64,000 nt of DNA, taken from positions 4,683,098 through 4,747,097 of the forward strand of contig CM119269.1 of NCBI GenBank assembly GCA_051294375.1. The letters run 5' to 3'. Position 1 is the first letter of the stretch. Each line of letters opens with the position of its first letter. The translations under genes were made by a program, and so were the position numbers. This stretch comes from Paraspadella gotoi (taxonomy: Eukaryota > Animalia > Chaetognatha). The notes beneath the pieces are model-generated. The model searched no databases, had not been told where the DNA came from, and worked only from the letters and a program-made list of their open reading frames with translations. Below, in pieces: positions 1 to 30,948 of this stretch.

Positions 1-83
1 TAAAATTAATTATGATTAGACTAGACTAGTGAGTGAAAAGGCAATTTATTTTCAAATCAAATCATTCAATTCCTTATTCCCAA

Positions 84-3000
84 TCAAGACAACAATTTCA
101 ACAGCTCCTCCGATTTCTTCTGCAATTCGACGTGCGCGTCCGACTGCAGCGCCACCAAGGGTTGAACGGCCTGCTCGAGAGCCTCCCTCGCCTTGACCAA
201 TCCGTTGGGCGACTTGAGGATCTTCTCCAAAATCTCTACGGAGACCTTTCGAAGCACCACGTACTTTTTGTTGGTCATGTTCTGCATGGCCGCTTTGATC
301 ATGGGCTTGACGAGCGCGTTGAGCTCGTCCCTGCGCACACTCTCCGTGGATTCTCTCAAGTGCCAATGCTTCTCCGCCACCATCGCCAATCCTTTCAACG
401 CCGACAGTCGGACCTTCCACGAGTGCAAGTCGGAGGATCGAAGAGCGAGCGCGTTGATGGCGTCCCGAGCCGCCAGGTTTTCTTCTCTCTGCGGCGGCTT
501 GTTGACGGGAAAGGCGCGCCCGAGGGATTCCAGCGCCGACTCTTCGAACTCCAGTCGAGAGATTGATCTTTTGTTCCCGTCGTGCTCCATGTCTTCGTCG
601 CCGTCGCCTTCTCCTCTCTTCTTGAGACGCGTGATGACGACTTCCGCCAAATCGGGAAATTTCTCGTATTCGCCCCAAGTCTCGATGACGCGAGAGGCGC
701 AATCCACGGCGACCCGTTTGTAGAACAAGTGATCCTTTCTGGCCTCGCGAAGAAGCGTGGAAAGCAAGGAAGAGCGCATGGCTAAAAGCGGATCGTTTTG
801 ATTATCTCCGTCGATTTCCATGTCGCTCTCCTCGCGAGAGAAAAATCTCTGGACAAAAAAAAAAGAGAGAGAAAGGCATTTTTTTTATCGGAGAAATATT
901 CAAATCACTCTATAAAAATATAAAAACCTTGTAATGACAACATATATTCTGCGTGGCTTCGAGCAGCGCCTCCTTTCCATCCCAGGTCCTTCCGCTCAGT
1001 CCCACGACGGTCACGGAGTCGAGCAAGCGCTTCAGCATTTTCGGTTCCATCTTCTCGTGAGGCAAACATTGAGCGACCGTCGACGCCGCGCGACCCGCTT
1101 GAGCCCTGATGCTGCACGACTCGATGGAGAGCGTCGAGGATATGATATGGACGATTTCCTAAACAATGGGTTAATAACAATTATTAAATAAAACTTTTAT
1201 TTTATTATTATTTATTTATATTTGTTATTTAACATGGGTTAATAACAATTATTTAATAAGAGGCAAATGATTTTCGCTCCGTCAGTTGAGTATCAATACC
1301 CTGAGATACAAATGTATTCCCATCTCCATCCCGGGCGTCACATCCGTCCAAATCTTCAACCATCCTGCGGCGGCGCCGTCGTCCGTGACATCATCGTCGT
1401 CTCGCTCGTGCATGGCAATGAACGCGAGCGGCATCGCGTGTTTGGCATGCTCCTTCAGCTTCTCCGGCGCGTTCTTCGAGATGGCGCTCATGGCCGATTC
1501 GCAGGCTCGTCGAAGGTCGCGTTCTTCCACCGGCTTCTCGAGGTACCAAGCTTTGAGCTTGTCCAGCGCTTTGTCCACCGTTTTGTCGGGAGAAACTTTC
1601 GCCAAGTATCCGATGGCCTGAGAAAAAGGGGAGAGATGAGATCGAATGTCGACGTATGCTTGCTTACATATTTCAATAGACTAACCGTTGAAAAGGCTCT
1701 TCGGATACCGGACTGCCGGTCGGATAGACCGCCGAGTAGCGGGGACATAAACTTGGGCGAATGAGGTTCCACGACGGTGGGTATTTGAAAGACAAAAGCG
1801 ACGACGAGCTCGGAGGTCGCGACTCTGATCGCTGTTCCGATTCCGTTCTTCAAGATCTCGACCAAAGTCGGTGCCAACGTCGCCATCACCTCGTCATCGA
1901 TGAACTGGATGCAGTACTTGAGCGTCTCCATGATCGGCGAGTTGTTAGACTCGGCAACTCGGCCGTCGATCATTTTCTGTTGAACATCGAGGCGATCTGT
2001 TCTGGCAACGCAGAGGCTCAAATGATTTAAGGACGAAGACTCGAGATCGCCGACCGCCTCCAACAGCGCCGGAATCAGACGCGCCAAGTGAGGTGTCAGC
2101 ATGATTCCCGTCTGACGGGATAGCTTCTGCATCGTGTCCAGAACAAGGCTACGGACGTCGGAATCTTTGGTGTTGTAGACTCCGTCCTCCAATAAAACGG
2201 GAAGAGTGTCAGTGATCGCGAGGGCACCGAGATTTCCGTTGTTTGTGTCGCAAGCGAGAATCGTGACTTGAATGACCATTCTAAAAAACAAAATAAAGTG
2301 AAAAATAGTCAATAAAATCATAATGTAATGAATTTTAAATATAATACTTGGCTGCCTCCGTTGCTGCTTTCCGAACGGACTCTTTCACGTCGTCCAACCT
2401 CGCCAATATGACCTTCCAAATTCTTCCCAGCCTCTCCACAACGATGGGATTCAGCGCTCTTCCCCTCAGAGCCTCCGTGAGAGCCGCGCAACATGATTCC
2501 CGTATTTCCGAACCTCGGTCCTCGATCTCCCACAGAAGCTCCTCGAGCACTCCTTCAAGATGGGCGTCAATTACGGCTTTGCTCTCTGTCGGCACCAACG
2601 CCTGCCAGATTGACGACATGGCCGCCTGGATCTTTACGTCAGGGTCGTGCAGGTAGCGAAAGAGCTTGGGTACCATCGTGCCCATGTGCGGTGCCAGCTG
2701 ACGTCTCGCCTCTGAGGCGATCTCGGCGTGACGGCGGCGACCGGCAAAGGAAGCAGCGAGGCCGGGCGTTTTTAGGTTCGCGTTACTGTGAGAAAGGTAG
2801 ATGAGCTTGTAAACGAGTTCGGGCTGCTTGAGCTCGATGGCGAGCGCCGCCAATTCGCGGTAGGCCAAAGCTTTGGATCCAGCGCCGAAAAATTTGGTCG
2901 ATTTAGATCTCGAAAATGAGGATTTTGATACGGAGATTTCCGAGCCAGAGTCAGAGGTCTTTAAATCCTCACTACCTAAAGGTCAAACAAAAAAAAATAA

Positions 3001-5651
3001 TGTCATTTAAAAGTCGACTCTTTTCCTCATATTTTAAAAAAAGTTAGATTAACTAGGCAAAGAAATAAACTTACCGATCAAAGACTCGCACAAATTAGAG
3101 ATTAAATATTCTCTGGATTCTTCACTACTGCAGCTGTAACAAATTCCCAAAGTTTTTGATGCCAACTCTTGAGTTATTTCGTCATCGACAAAAAGAAGGC
3201 GAACGATGCTGTCCTAATAATAGAAGAAACTGTGAAATATTAATAAATATTTCAAATATTAATTTTAAACAATCTCTCCCTCTCTCTAAATTTATATGCA
3301 AGAGGCTCTCTAAGCCCCCCAAAAATATGTATCGTCCCGTTTATTTGCCACAATCTATCGTTAAATTTAAATTTAAATTCAAACCTGAACATCCGACAAT
3401 TGCCTTTGCAAAAAAGGCAAATGTCCAGCTTCCTGCATCATGCAAATCGTCCACACTGCGGCCGCTTGCTTTAAATGCTTGTTGTCGCTTTTCAAATAGA
3501 CCTTCGTCAATTTATCAACAAGAAATTCCAGGTTTTCGGTGGGCGCGTTATAGGCATTTTCCTCCAAGACTTCTTCGTCCGCGGTCCAGCTGTCGGAGGC
3601 TAATCGAGATCCGGTTCCCAGAGCGGCCGTCGTCAACGCGGCTCCAACGTGAATATGCAATTCGAAATCTTTGATCTTGTACGATTCCATCAGCCTCTTC
3701 ATAATTTCCTGTCCGTAAGGAAAACGCCCCGATCTCGAGCGACACCAGCTTCGGGTGCCGCAGCAGAGCGCAGCCGCTGCGACGGCGGCATTTTCGCGGA
3801 GTTTGGACGGATGCTTGGAGGACGAGACGAAATCAAGAAAAAGTGTAGCGAGGCCGGATTTGGTGGAAAACATATCTTGAGATTCTTCGTTTTCTGTTGG
3901 TTATATGTGATGTTATATGTTATATATGATGTCAAATAATCAATACAGTTTATGCAACGAAAAACGAGCAAAGAAAATGCTCCCCCCAACCTATCGGCAA
4001 TTCTCCGTCGGGCAGAGGGAGCTGAGCGAATCGAGCCATTTCCGTTAGGGCGGCAACGGAAGAAATCTGCACCAACGAACTTGGGTGTTGAAGTTTCATG
4101 GATAATTGCGAAACGGCCTCGTTCACGAACTTTGCTATTTCTTTCGATGGGCAGTTCTGCCAAGTCTAGGAAAAAATAATTGCCACAAATCGATTTAAAT
4201 TAAAACCAAAAAACAAAAAAATAAAGGGGCAAAAAATCACCGACCTCAAAGGTTAAGGAACGCCTGCCGATCGCTGCTCCTAGCCCAAGGATAGACCCGC
4301 TCAACCTTTCCAGATTAGTCGTTTCCGATCCCAAGCAGACCAAGAGAGAACGAATTTGCGCTATGAAGTCGGATTCCGATTCTATGGCGACGAGAACGGC
4401 GTAAAGCTGCGACGCCGCTTCCCTGCCGTGTCGATTTATTAATCAAATATTCAAACGACGGAATAATTTAATTTAATTTAAAAAAGAAAGCCTCACCTCA
4501 CGTCCTCCTTGGGAGAAAAGAGAAACTTGTCGCGAATCCAATCAAGACGGGTGTCGGCGACCTCTCGCGCCAGAATCCCGTCGGCCGCCACCAACTCCGT
4601 CATCAGGTAAAGGCTCTCGGCGGAACCCTGCTGTTGCAAGAGGCTCTCCACCACGTACTTGTACCTCCGCACGGGGCTCAGGCTGGAGGGGTCATCTTTC
4701 ATGGCTCTACCGAGGTATTTCGTCACCGTGGGAGCTTGATACTTCATCTGAGCCACGTTGAGATGTGGCCTTTTCCCTTCGAGGGGGCACCCGGCTTCGG
4801 CGGCGAGGCACGCGCGCAGGAAAGCCACCACCTCTACCATCATGGGCGGATTAAAGATCTGAACCCTGGTGTCGTTGTTGCTACCGGCTTCGCGACGCTG
4901 GTCCGAGAATTTTCCTCTTTGGTAAACATAATCCGCAGCGACGCCAAAGTTCGGGAATTGGCGTTCCTCCAACTTGACAATCTTGCGTCCCTTGTGATCT
5001 CCCGCCTTCGTTTTCGGCGCCATCACCGGCTTGTCGGGAGCTTGGCGAAGCTTCAGAGCCTCGGAGCGAACCTCCTCTCGCGCATCGCCAGCGCAAAGCA
5101 GGATGACGTAACGGCTCGGCATGTGGTTGCGTGGAAAGCAGACGCTGGCGTATTTGAGAGCAATGAGGCGAGAGGGCGTCTCGGGTCGCTCGCCGTACTG
5201 CATCACAACCGCTTCGAGCTGTGATCGTTGCGGCTCACCGAGTGAAACGAAACAAGGGGCGAGAGTCGATAGCATTTCCTAAGAAAAGAGAGAAATATTT
5301 ATGAATAATTTAAAACCTTTTTAATGGCGTCATCGAGATGAATAAAATGTTTCCTAAAATTATATAATTCTTTTGTTTATTTAGATTTATTTTCAAACGT
5401 TTCTTCACATGTTAAATCAAAACTAATCAAAACAATCCTATCGCAACCTGAAGTGCCGACAGTTTCGGCCCCGTGGCCATCGTCAAAGCTTCGAAATTTG
5501 TCTGAAGAAAAGCGATATCATCTCGCACCAGATTGGGCAGTCTGCGGCCGATCTTCCCAATCGCCACCAAAGCCAAAGAACAAAGTTCTTCTTGATCCTC
5601 CATTTCTCTGACGACCCTCGTCATCGCCGGCATCATCGTTGCTCCGCTCAG
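84..5651 (-). CDS. ECM29: Proteasome adapter/scaffold protein ECM29 (HEAT repeats); 11 exons, ~1500 codons; N-terminal exons absent from the window
   Basis: GT-AG exons at approx. 5447-5651, 4497-5278, 4245-4422, 3991-4166, 3385-3875, 3075-3213, 2348-2975, 1687-2280, 1300-1617, 928-1158, 84-848. Motifs recalled from ECM29: SLALVAIGKIGRRLP, YRELAALAIELKQPELVYK, VPKLFRYLHDPDVKIQAAMSSIW, LDDVKESVRKAA, LSGRTWDGKEALL. Confidence 0.9.
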
Positions 5652-5789
5652 CTGTAATCACGTGATATAATGCTAATGTAGTAAAGTACATTAAAATTGC
5701 CGACTTCGTCCGAAAAAAAAATTAGAAAATTCGATCATCTTGTAGATGTGCGAAAGTCCGAGGGAAAAGAGAAAAAATGAGAAAAGAAA

Positions 5790-22135
<16,346 letters not shown>

Positions 22136-22271
22136 AAAAAGAGAGAGAGAGAGAGAGAAAGAGAGACAGATGAGAATCAAATAATGATTTTTATGTTTTA
22201 AATTCGGAATTTTATTATTTTCTATCCTCTCTTTATCTTTAGGACAAACAAGAATAATTAAATAAATAAAT

Positions 22272-22625
22272 AAACAGGAACGGTAATTTCAATGTGTTGC
22301 GCCGCATTGACTTTATATTCATGTATATTTCCCGTTAATCACATATGACATGACATGACTAACAAACTTTCTTTGCCCATCTATTTATAACATGCACTGC
22401 ATCAAAATTCCATCTTTTATTTCTTATAGTTTTAGGAATTCCTGAAGCCGGCACTAGCAGTCCCTTAGATTTGAGCTTTTTCTGTCTTAACAAATGAACA
22501 ACCGACTATAGACAAATAATATGCATTTTTAATGTAAGTGGGACAGCCCGACGAACAGACATACCGAGCGACTGACAGACGGACCGAAAAGTGACTTGTA
22601 AAGTTGCCCCGCGGCGCAACTAAAA
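22272..22625 (+). mobile_element. HINE/DINE-1-like non-autonomous Helentron-type element
   Basis: Starts AAACAGGAACGG; subterminal inverted repeat GTTGCGCCGC/GCGGCGCAAC; (GACA/GACC)-type microsatellite core; 3' stem-loop before A-rich flank. Two other copies in the window. Confidence 0.6.
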
Positions 22626-23216
22626 ATTAAAAAAAGAAAGGAAAGTTTGGAAATAAAAAGAGAGAAAATATCTAAATATAAACAAAACAGAATCATAACC
22701 GTCGGTGTTGATGACGTCGTCGTCGTCGTCGTCGTCGTCGTTATTCTTGTCAACGTCGTCGTCGTCGTCGTCGACCATCTCGTCGAGGTCAAAGGTCAAA
22801 GTGGTGAGCGACGTGACGATTTCACGTGAGGCCCTGATTCGTGAAAAATTGGGGGGGAGGCGAAGGGAAGGGATAAGATGGAGAGGAAAAAAGTGTGAAG
22901 GGGAGAAAGAGGCTTGTCTATGACGACGANNNNNNNNNNGACGACGACAACGGCGACGGCGGCGGCGGCGGCGGCATAAAAGACGATTGGCATTCAGTAA
23001 TTTTTTTTTTAACGAGACGTTTATTAAGATTTTTAAACAGTAAATTTAACTGACAAAGAATATTCGAAGTTAATGTGAAGGCGATACTCTGATATGAGCA
23101 AAATAGCTTATTTATTAAATGAATGGATAATTTTTATATTGGTTGTACCAATTTCATGTTTGATCAAACACTCTTTTTTATATTTTTGTCATGGTTTGTT
23201 TATTTTGATAAGACAT

Positions 23217-23247
<31 letters not shown>

Positions 23248-23262
23248 AGCGAGAGATGAGAG

Positions 23263-23299
<37 letters not shown>

Positions 23300-23669
23300 A
23301 GGACGACAAGGAGAAGACGGTGAAAAATTAAACCGGATAAAGAGAAATTAAGAAAAACGTAAGCGAATGAAAGAAACAGAAGGCACAAACGCTGCAGTCG
23401 TTAAAAAAAAAAACCCTTCCTTTGTTTTTCTCCTCTTTCTTAGGAGAAAAAATTAAAAAATATTAATTTTCATTATGCTAATTGAAAAAAGGGGAAAAAA
23501 AAGAAGAGCATCACGAAAAGAGAAAGATGTTCTTTTTTTTTCTTTTTTAATTTTCGATTAACTCAAGTTCTTCATCGATTACGATTTTTTTATTCTATTT
23601 AAATTCCATTTTTACGAAATGAAGCATAATCGATTCTTTATTCGGTTTCATTACTCATTGGAGACTTGG

Positions 23670-23704
<35 letters not shown>

Positions 23705-24674
23705 NNNNNNNNNNNNNNNNNNNNNNNNNNNNNNNNNNNNNNNNNNNNNNNNNNNNNNNNNNNNNNNNNNNNNNNNNNNNNNNNNNNNNNNNNNNNNNNN
23801 NNNNNNNNNNNNNNNNNNNNNNNNNNNNNNNNNNNNNNNNNNNNNNNNNNNNNNNNNNNNNNNNNNNNNNNNNNAGAGAGAGAGAGAGAGAGAGAGAATA
23901 GAGCATCAACAAGAAGACAGTTTCTTTTTCTTCCGTAAATCTCTCAAGAAATCCCAGAAATGTTTTACGTTTTGTCTAATAGAAGAATCGATATCGGGGA
24001 CGGGAAAGTGTCTAAATCCGGCGTTCCGGTTTCCGAAATCCGTATTCCGGTCGCTCGATTCTCTTTTATGGGCGACAAGGCAGATCCGTTGGAAAAAACG
24101 GTTGATATTCGGTGAAAAGTTCCCAAATAACAATATCTGTATTAACGATTAAAGATATAGCTAATAGTTAATATACGCGATTTTATTCGAACGCAACGCG
24201 GTTGATTCAGTAACCAACGTATCATTACCATAATCTATTTTTATACATACATACATACATACGATATACATATTACATACACACAAAGCAGCTGTTGTTC
24301 TCCCCCAACATCTTGGTCTCCGGAATATATTTGAAGGGAATGACGGCGTCGCGTGTTTGCCGAAGTTCTTTCTCTTGTTGACAAACAAAAAAGTTTGTTT
24401 ATTCTTCGCGTCTTGTCTCCCCCGGACGTCGTCGTCGTCGTCGTCGTCGTCGTCTTTGTTGACATCGACGTCGTCGTCGCGGCTTCCGTCGCTCAAAAGA
24501 TTAATCGGTGACGTAAATCAAGAAATAAATTTGTTGTGCAAAACTTTTTTTTCTTTCATCGAAATAAAAAAAAAGAAAGAAAAAGATCGAAAATCATTTT
24601 ACTGCGAAACGAAACATTCGAGTTCGACATTTCCTTCGCGCCGCATTATTTATCCTCTCAAACAATGTCGCTAC

Positions 24675-24794
<120 letters not shown>

Positions 24795-25460
24795 TATCTC
24801 TAACTCCGTCTCTATCTGGATATTTCGTGAAGGTGATTCTTCATCTCCTTCCGAATTACTTTCTATTTTTTTTTCTTAAGCGAATTCCTTTGAGTTTTCT
24901 GCCCTCACTTCCCCAGCAGTTCTCAGCTTTTCTTAACTCCCTATTGACTCTCCTCTTCTCCCCTACTTTTTTCCCTCCTACTCTCCTGATTTACTTTATC
25001 TCCTTTGTCTCCTTCTCTCCTCCCTTACCTTCTTCCCTCCTCCTCTCCTGATTTACTTTATCTCCTTTGTCTCCTTCTCTCCACCCCTAACTTCTACCCT
25101 CCCCGTCTACTACCTTGCTTTCTTTATCTCGTTTGTCTCCTTCTATTTTTTCTCACTTTCTCCCGTCATTTTTTAGTGTCTTTTTCGTGTCTGTTTCCTC
25201 CTTTGTCTCTTGGTTTTTTTTTTTCAGCGTCTTTTCTTCTTCCTTTTGCCACCTGCGCCGCCTTACTTCGGCTCGAGTAATCAATCGGATATCCTCCTCG
25301 ACAGATGCCACGAGGCACAGATGCATCTGTTCCGACGCCTTTCTAGGGGTCGCGCGCGGGCAACTCCACCTGTCTGTCGGAGACTCTCCTCGCCTCAAAC
25401 TTTTGTCAAGTGTAGAATAAAAGAACAGCGGAGACCGAGAATGGGGACAGTGATTTCAAA

Positions 25461-25557
<97 letters not shown>

Positions 25558-25574
25558 TATAAATATGGAAAAGA

Positions 25575-25818
25575 TGTGTTGCGCCGCAGGGATTTTCTTT
25601 TCACCTGTATTTATGACCTGTCTTTAAAGTTTTAGGATTTCCAGAAGGCGGCACTAGCAGTCACTTAGATTTGAGGTTTTTTCCTCTCTTAACAAATGAG
25701 CAATCAACTACAGGCGAATTATATGAATTTTTAACGTAAAAGGGATAGACCGACGGACAGACATACATATCGACAGACCGAAAAGTTACGTATAGAGTTA
25801 CTCGCGGCGCAACTAAAA
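25575..25818 (+). mobile_element. Second, 5'-truncated copy of the HINE/DINE-like element
   Basis: Shares ATGTGTTGCGCCGC, GGCACTAGCAGTC.CTTAGATTTGAG, GACAGAC motifs and GCGGCGCAACTAAAA with 22272-22625. Confidence 0.6.
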
Positions 25819-25965
25819 CTGATAATCGTAGTCTGACGGGACATCTAGAGCCGCTCCTTATTCAAAACGAAAGATCTCTTCCGATTTTCATCTAGTCCAA
25901 TTAACCTGCTACTTCCGCCTTTTGCCTCCTCTTCCCTTCCAGATTCGATGCTCTTTTATTTATTT

Positions 25966-26003
<38 letters not shown>

Positions 26004-26046
26004 GAGATCAGTAAACCCGCCAAAAAAAGGCACCAAATTCCCTGGC

Positions 26047-26085
<39 letters not shown>

Positions 26086-26086
26086 A

Positions 26087-26117
<31 letters not shown>

Positions 26118-28544
26118 TCACAAACCAGAAACAAAACTTAAAAGAAAAGAAAACCTTTGGTTGAGAGGAAAAAACAAAAGTCGCTTTCGACGACGACGAC
26201 GACGACGACGATGAAATTGACTAAAAGCCAAAGATGACGATGAAGGCAACAAAGGGCGAAAACTATAACGACAGATTTCACAAATACATATTCGACGACG
26301 ATGAAAATGACGAAAAGCCAAAGATGACGACGAAGGCGACGAAAAACCAAACGACGACGACGACGACGACAACTTTGTGTGTTTGGGAGGAAAAACCGGC
26401 TGGTGGTGGAAACAAAAAAAAAAGTCGCGAAACGCAGGAAGAAATTCGTTGTTTGTTCTGCGTCGAAACCGGAAATGAAACCTAGGCCAGGCCCACTTCC
26501 TGGCCCCCACATCCGACACCATCCAGTTCCCCCTCTCCCCTCAACACCCCTTTTTCTCTTTCCTTTGCTTTAGCGGCGATAGGGGCGTTGCGGATTCGGA
26601 TTCGGGCGTGTCAGTTCCGTTTCGACGAAAAGGGAGAATTTGATGCGAAGTCGCGTCGTTCGGCGCCATCTTTGACGCTGATTGGCGCGAGGAAACTGTA
26701 TTCTGAAGATGGAAGTTTCACGAAATGTAACGTAAAATTGACAACAAAATAAAATTACCGTAAATAATATTGGAAACAAAAGGAAAAAGGAAAAAAAGAA
26801 AAGTTAAATTAGATAAAGTTAAGTAAATTTCAGTAGAGTGAGTAAAGTAAAGTAAAGCAAAAAAAAACTAAAAAATAGAAAAGAAAAGAAAATTTAAAAA
26901 AGGAGAGAAAAACAATGGAATAGAAATGAAACATGGAAAAAAAGAAGAAAAGCCCGAGGAGAGCGAGTGGCGGCCGAATTTCCTTTTTGGAAGAGAGAAG
27001 GTCAGTCGACCTCTGGAAAGGCGCTGCCGATCTGTCCTCTCGCCCGCCGATTCGTCTTCTCGGCACCGGAAAGAATTGTGGTCTTTTCTCGAAGCAAGAA
27101 ATGGAAAGCTTTGGGCTTGCTCTCTCGGTGTCAACAAACTTAACATTGGTCTCTATTAACGTTTTTCTCCTGTAAATTTTACTTACCGTCGATGCGGTCG
27201 CTGATAAGGCATCTCATCAATTCCTTTTCGAAAAGTTTTCAAGTACTTTGCAAGGTATAGGACAAGATTGACCACGGGAAATGTGTTGTCGCGTAAAGAG
27301 TAAACGACACAGCCTTTATTTGTGAAAGAAAAGTTCTTCATTATGCTTTTACTGATCACATATATGATACCACCGCTTATGATAGTACGTAGTAATCGTT
27401 TCGGTCCTAAACGATCCGCCAGAAAGGCTTGTATGCGATACAGTGGCTGTTTCTACAGCGTGGCTTATGATAGAAAAGCTTCCGAGCAGTAAAGCTCTTG
27501 ACACTAGACAGTCGACAGTAGACAGTCGACAGTCAAGCCATCGATAGTAAAGCTTTTGGCCTTTGGCGAACTGAAACCGTTGCCCCCGAACGTCGCGGGC
27601 CGTGACCCCGACGGCCCGCGTCGACCTTTATCTTCTCTGGCGCCAGGCGATGCCAATTTTGGGTTCAGGCCACCAAAGATTATCGCCAGGCGATGCCAGA
27701 TGGTCGCTGAGGCTTTTAGGGTGGGCGCGTACTTTTTCTTAGAGCGCGCAGAACGTTTTGGTCGAGGGTAGACGATCTAAATTTATTTATTTCTTTATCT
27801 AATCTTATTTTGTCTCAACTTTATTCATTTTGTTTCAACTTATTTGAATTCGTATTTTCTCATCTCTATTATTTTTTTCTCATCTCTAAATTGGTTAAAT
27901 TTAAACGGAGGTTAACTTTTCATTTTATTTCATTTCATTTTATCATTTTATATTATCTCGACTTGTTTTATTTTAACCAAATATATATGGTGTATTTCAT
28001 CTCGAGTCTTTTAAACTCATCTTGATTCGATTTATTTTAAATATCTCTATTTGTTTTCGCATAAGATCGTTTAATCTAATCTAAATTTGTATTGTTGTAT
28101 TTTGAGTCTTTCGTTTTATCTCATCTTCAAAATCGGTTAGCACGTTGCGAAAACGCAGCTTTTATCATTTATCACTTTTTTTTGTTGATCACCTCTCATC
28201 ACATCACGTCTCTACAAAATAAGTAAATTCTTCTAATGAAAAACCATGTTCCTTTGTTTGTTTTTTTTTAGACTTTTTTTTAATCGTAAGGAGGCTTTTT
28301 TCCGTCACGGATCCCTCCAACCTCCTGCGTGGCTTTTGTTGTCATTTTTCGGCGAAGGATGAAGCTGAGACACGTGTCGGCAACGTCGGCATTTTTACAC
28401 GAGAAGAATATGTGATTAAGTAATAAAAAAGATTTTCAAAATTGGGTTGAAAATTTTCGTTGACCTGGAGTGTCGTTGGAAGAAATAAACGTAAAGAAAA
28501 TGGGTTTTAAAACGCAAAAAAAAAATAGATGTTGAAAAAATAGA

Positions 28545-28550
28545 AAGAAA

Positions 28551-28644
<94 letters not shown>

Positions 28645-28645
28645 A
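28545..28645. repeat. (AAAG)n tetranucleotide microsatellite
   Basis: Directly visible; one of many microsatellites in the window, e.g. (CT)n at 24680-24790, (AG)n at 25465-25555 and 57497-57578. Confidence 0.95.
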
Positions 28646-29177
28646 CAAAAAAGAGAGAAAGAAAAACAGAAAGAAAGAAATAAAATCGAATCAACGTCAG
28701 TTTTGAGGTCGAAACGCTCGGTCAACGCCGACNNNNNNNNNNGTTAGAAGGGGACTGCTTGGCCCGATAGATTTGCGATCACGTCCTGCTCGAATTCGTC
28801 AAGAACGTCGCCTTTAAAGAAGAGAGAGGGGAGAAAGACAGAAAGACAGAAAGACAGAAAGACAGAAAGCTACATACAGAGAGAGAGAGAAAGAAAGAGA
28901 GATAGTGAATTAGTAAAAAAAAAAAGGCCTAATGTGAATTGTATTTTTTATGTTTTTAAGTTAGTCAGGCGAACCATTGTTGAAGTAAGAAGGGAACGTA
29001 TGAAGAGGCGAAAGGAACGATTGGTGATTATATTTATGGTTCCCTTTTCACCGAGACCCTCTTTCCCTTTTTATTTGAAGAAATGTTTGTTGAAGAAGTA
29101 CAGGTGTAACCAGGTTAAAATTGATCGGGGTCGAGGGGGAAAGTTGCTCGATGCCTCCAGGTGAGGAGAGAGAGAGG

Positions 29178-29249
<72 letters not shown>

Positions 29250-30188
29250 GTTCATAGGAAGAGACAGAAAAGGGCGAATAACAGAGATTCACAAAGAAAG
29301 GAAGAACGTACGTAATTCAGAGGGATATGGTTCCCCTGCCCGGCCACATGATCGCTGGCACGCCATAGTCTCCGTTGTAACCGGGACGAAGGCAACAACA
29401 ACGACGACGACGACGACGGTAGAGGCGAAGACGGAAAAGTCAAAAAGAAAAAAGACAAAAGAAAAAAAAGAAAGAAAGAACCGAGTGCAACGACGGGGAA
29501 GCGAAAACAGAGAGGTAAGTAAATAGAGTTAACCTTCTCCACTAAAACCCCGCTGTTCAAAACCGGCTTACCATCCTTACCATCGCTCGGTCAACCCTGC
29601 AGTCCTCTTCACCTAATATCGCCCTTTTTTTTGCCTTTTTCCTGAAGCCGTCCTTGTTCTTACTCAAACCCACCTTTCCCTAAAACCGTCCTATATAAAT
29701 TATAACCGGCTCAATTTTCCCTTTAAACAACGACCCTGTTGTCCCTGAAACTTGGTCCTCATTTCCCAAAAACACCCGGTTATTTTTGAAACTCCTTAGC
29801 TTCTCCCAAATTCGCCATTTTGAATATTAGTGCCATGTTATTCCTAAAATCTCCTATACACCAAAAAACCAAAAACGATCTACAATTCAGGTTTTGCCCT
29901 AAAACCGCTCCCCTACCCCTTAAAGTAATCATTTCCCTTAAACGCCTTTTACTTGAAAAACCGCTCCCTGCCACTAAAATCCGATTTTCCCTTAAACCTA
30001 GGCGACCTCCTCTTCCTGCCCCACCTCGGTGCCGTCGCGGCCTTGAAGACGTGGCCGCGAAAGAATCCAGGATGGCGTCGACCGTAGCTTCTGATTCTAT
30101 TGGAGATGCGACGCCGATGCGGCGAGGCTTCCATCGACGACAAGTTCGTTCAAATTTTCATTTTTGTAAATTTATTTAGAAAGTTTTA

Positions 30189-30500
30189 AAACAAGAACGG
30201 TAATTCCAATGTGTTGCGCCGCAATGACTTTATTTTGATCACATAACATGACTAAAAAAATGTTTTGCTCTTAAATTTATAACATGCACTGCATTAAAAT
30301 ATTGTCTTTTATTCTTTAATTTTATGAATTCCTGAAGGCGGCGTTAGCAGACACTTAGATTTAAGGTTTTTTTGCTGTCTTAACAAATGAGCAACAAGCT
30401 ATAGGCAAATTATATGCATTTTTATTGTAAGTGGGACAGACCGACGAACAGACATACCGACCCACCGACCGACCCAAAAGTGAATGATAGAATTGCTCCG
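30189..30500 (+). mobile_element. Third, 3'-degenerate copy of the HINE/DINE-like element
   Basis: Starts AAACAAGAACGGTAATTCCAATGTGTTGCGCCGC; colinear with 22272-22590. Confidence 0.6.
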
Positions 30501-30721
30501 CGAGTACTCGCGGCACTTAATTGAATTTTATTTTTTACGAAATTCGGACTTAGATTTAAAGTCTTTGTCAGTGTAAATAAAAAAACTGAAGAAGTCTGGA
30601 GGACGTCGCCATAAAAGTCTTTTTTAAAAAAAGATTTTTTGAAAATTGTACGCAGGGGCGGCGCAGTGGAAAAAAACGTGACAGTCTTGTTTATATTCAA
30701 TTATAAATAAAAAAAAGTGGG

Positions 30722-30775
<54 letters not shown>

Positions 30776-30886
30776 TGGGGTGGCTTCATTATCTGGAGAT
30801 TAATTCGAAAGAGGAAAAAAAGGAAACCAGGAACCAGATCTTCGGAGCCAAAGAAACGAGAGGCGGGGAGAAGGGAAAGAAGAGAG

Positions 30887-30948
<62 letters not shown>

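Noticed and set aside
23102-23157. snRNA or SL RNA (AATTTTT followed by a hairpin)
   Set aside because: Lacks a canonical Sm site and donor context; better explained as the common 3' end of a truncated repeat.
26560-26700. Promoter-like YY1 (GCCATCTT) and CCAAT motifs, also near 30070-30105
   Set aside because: Short motifs with no supportable adjacent gene.
26700-26735. CTGAAGA...GAAATGTA hammerhead-like string
   Set aside because: Stem II is marginal and there is no stem I.
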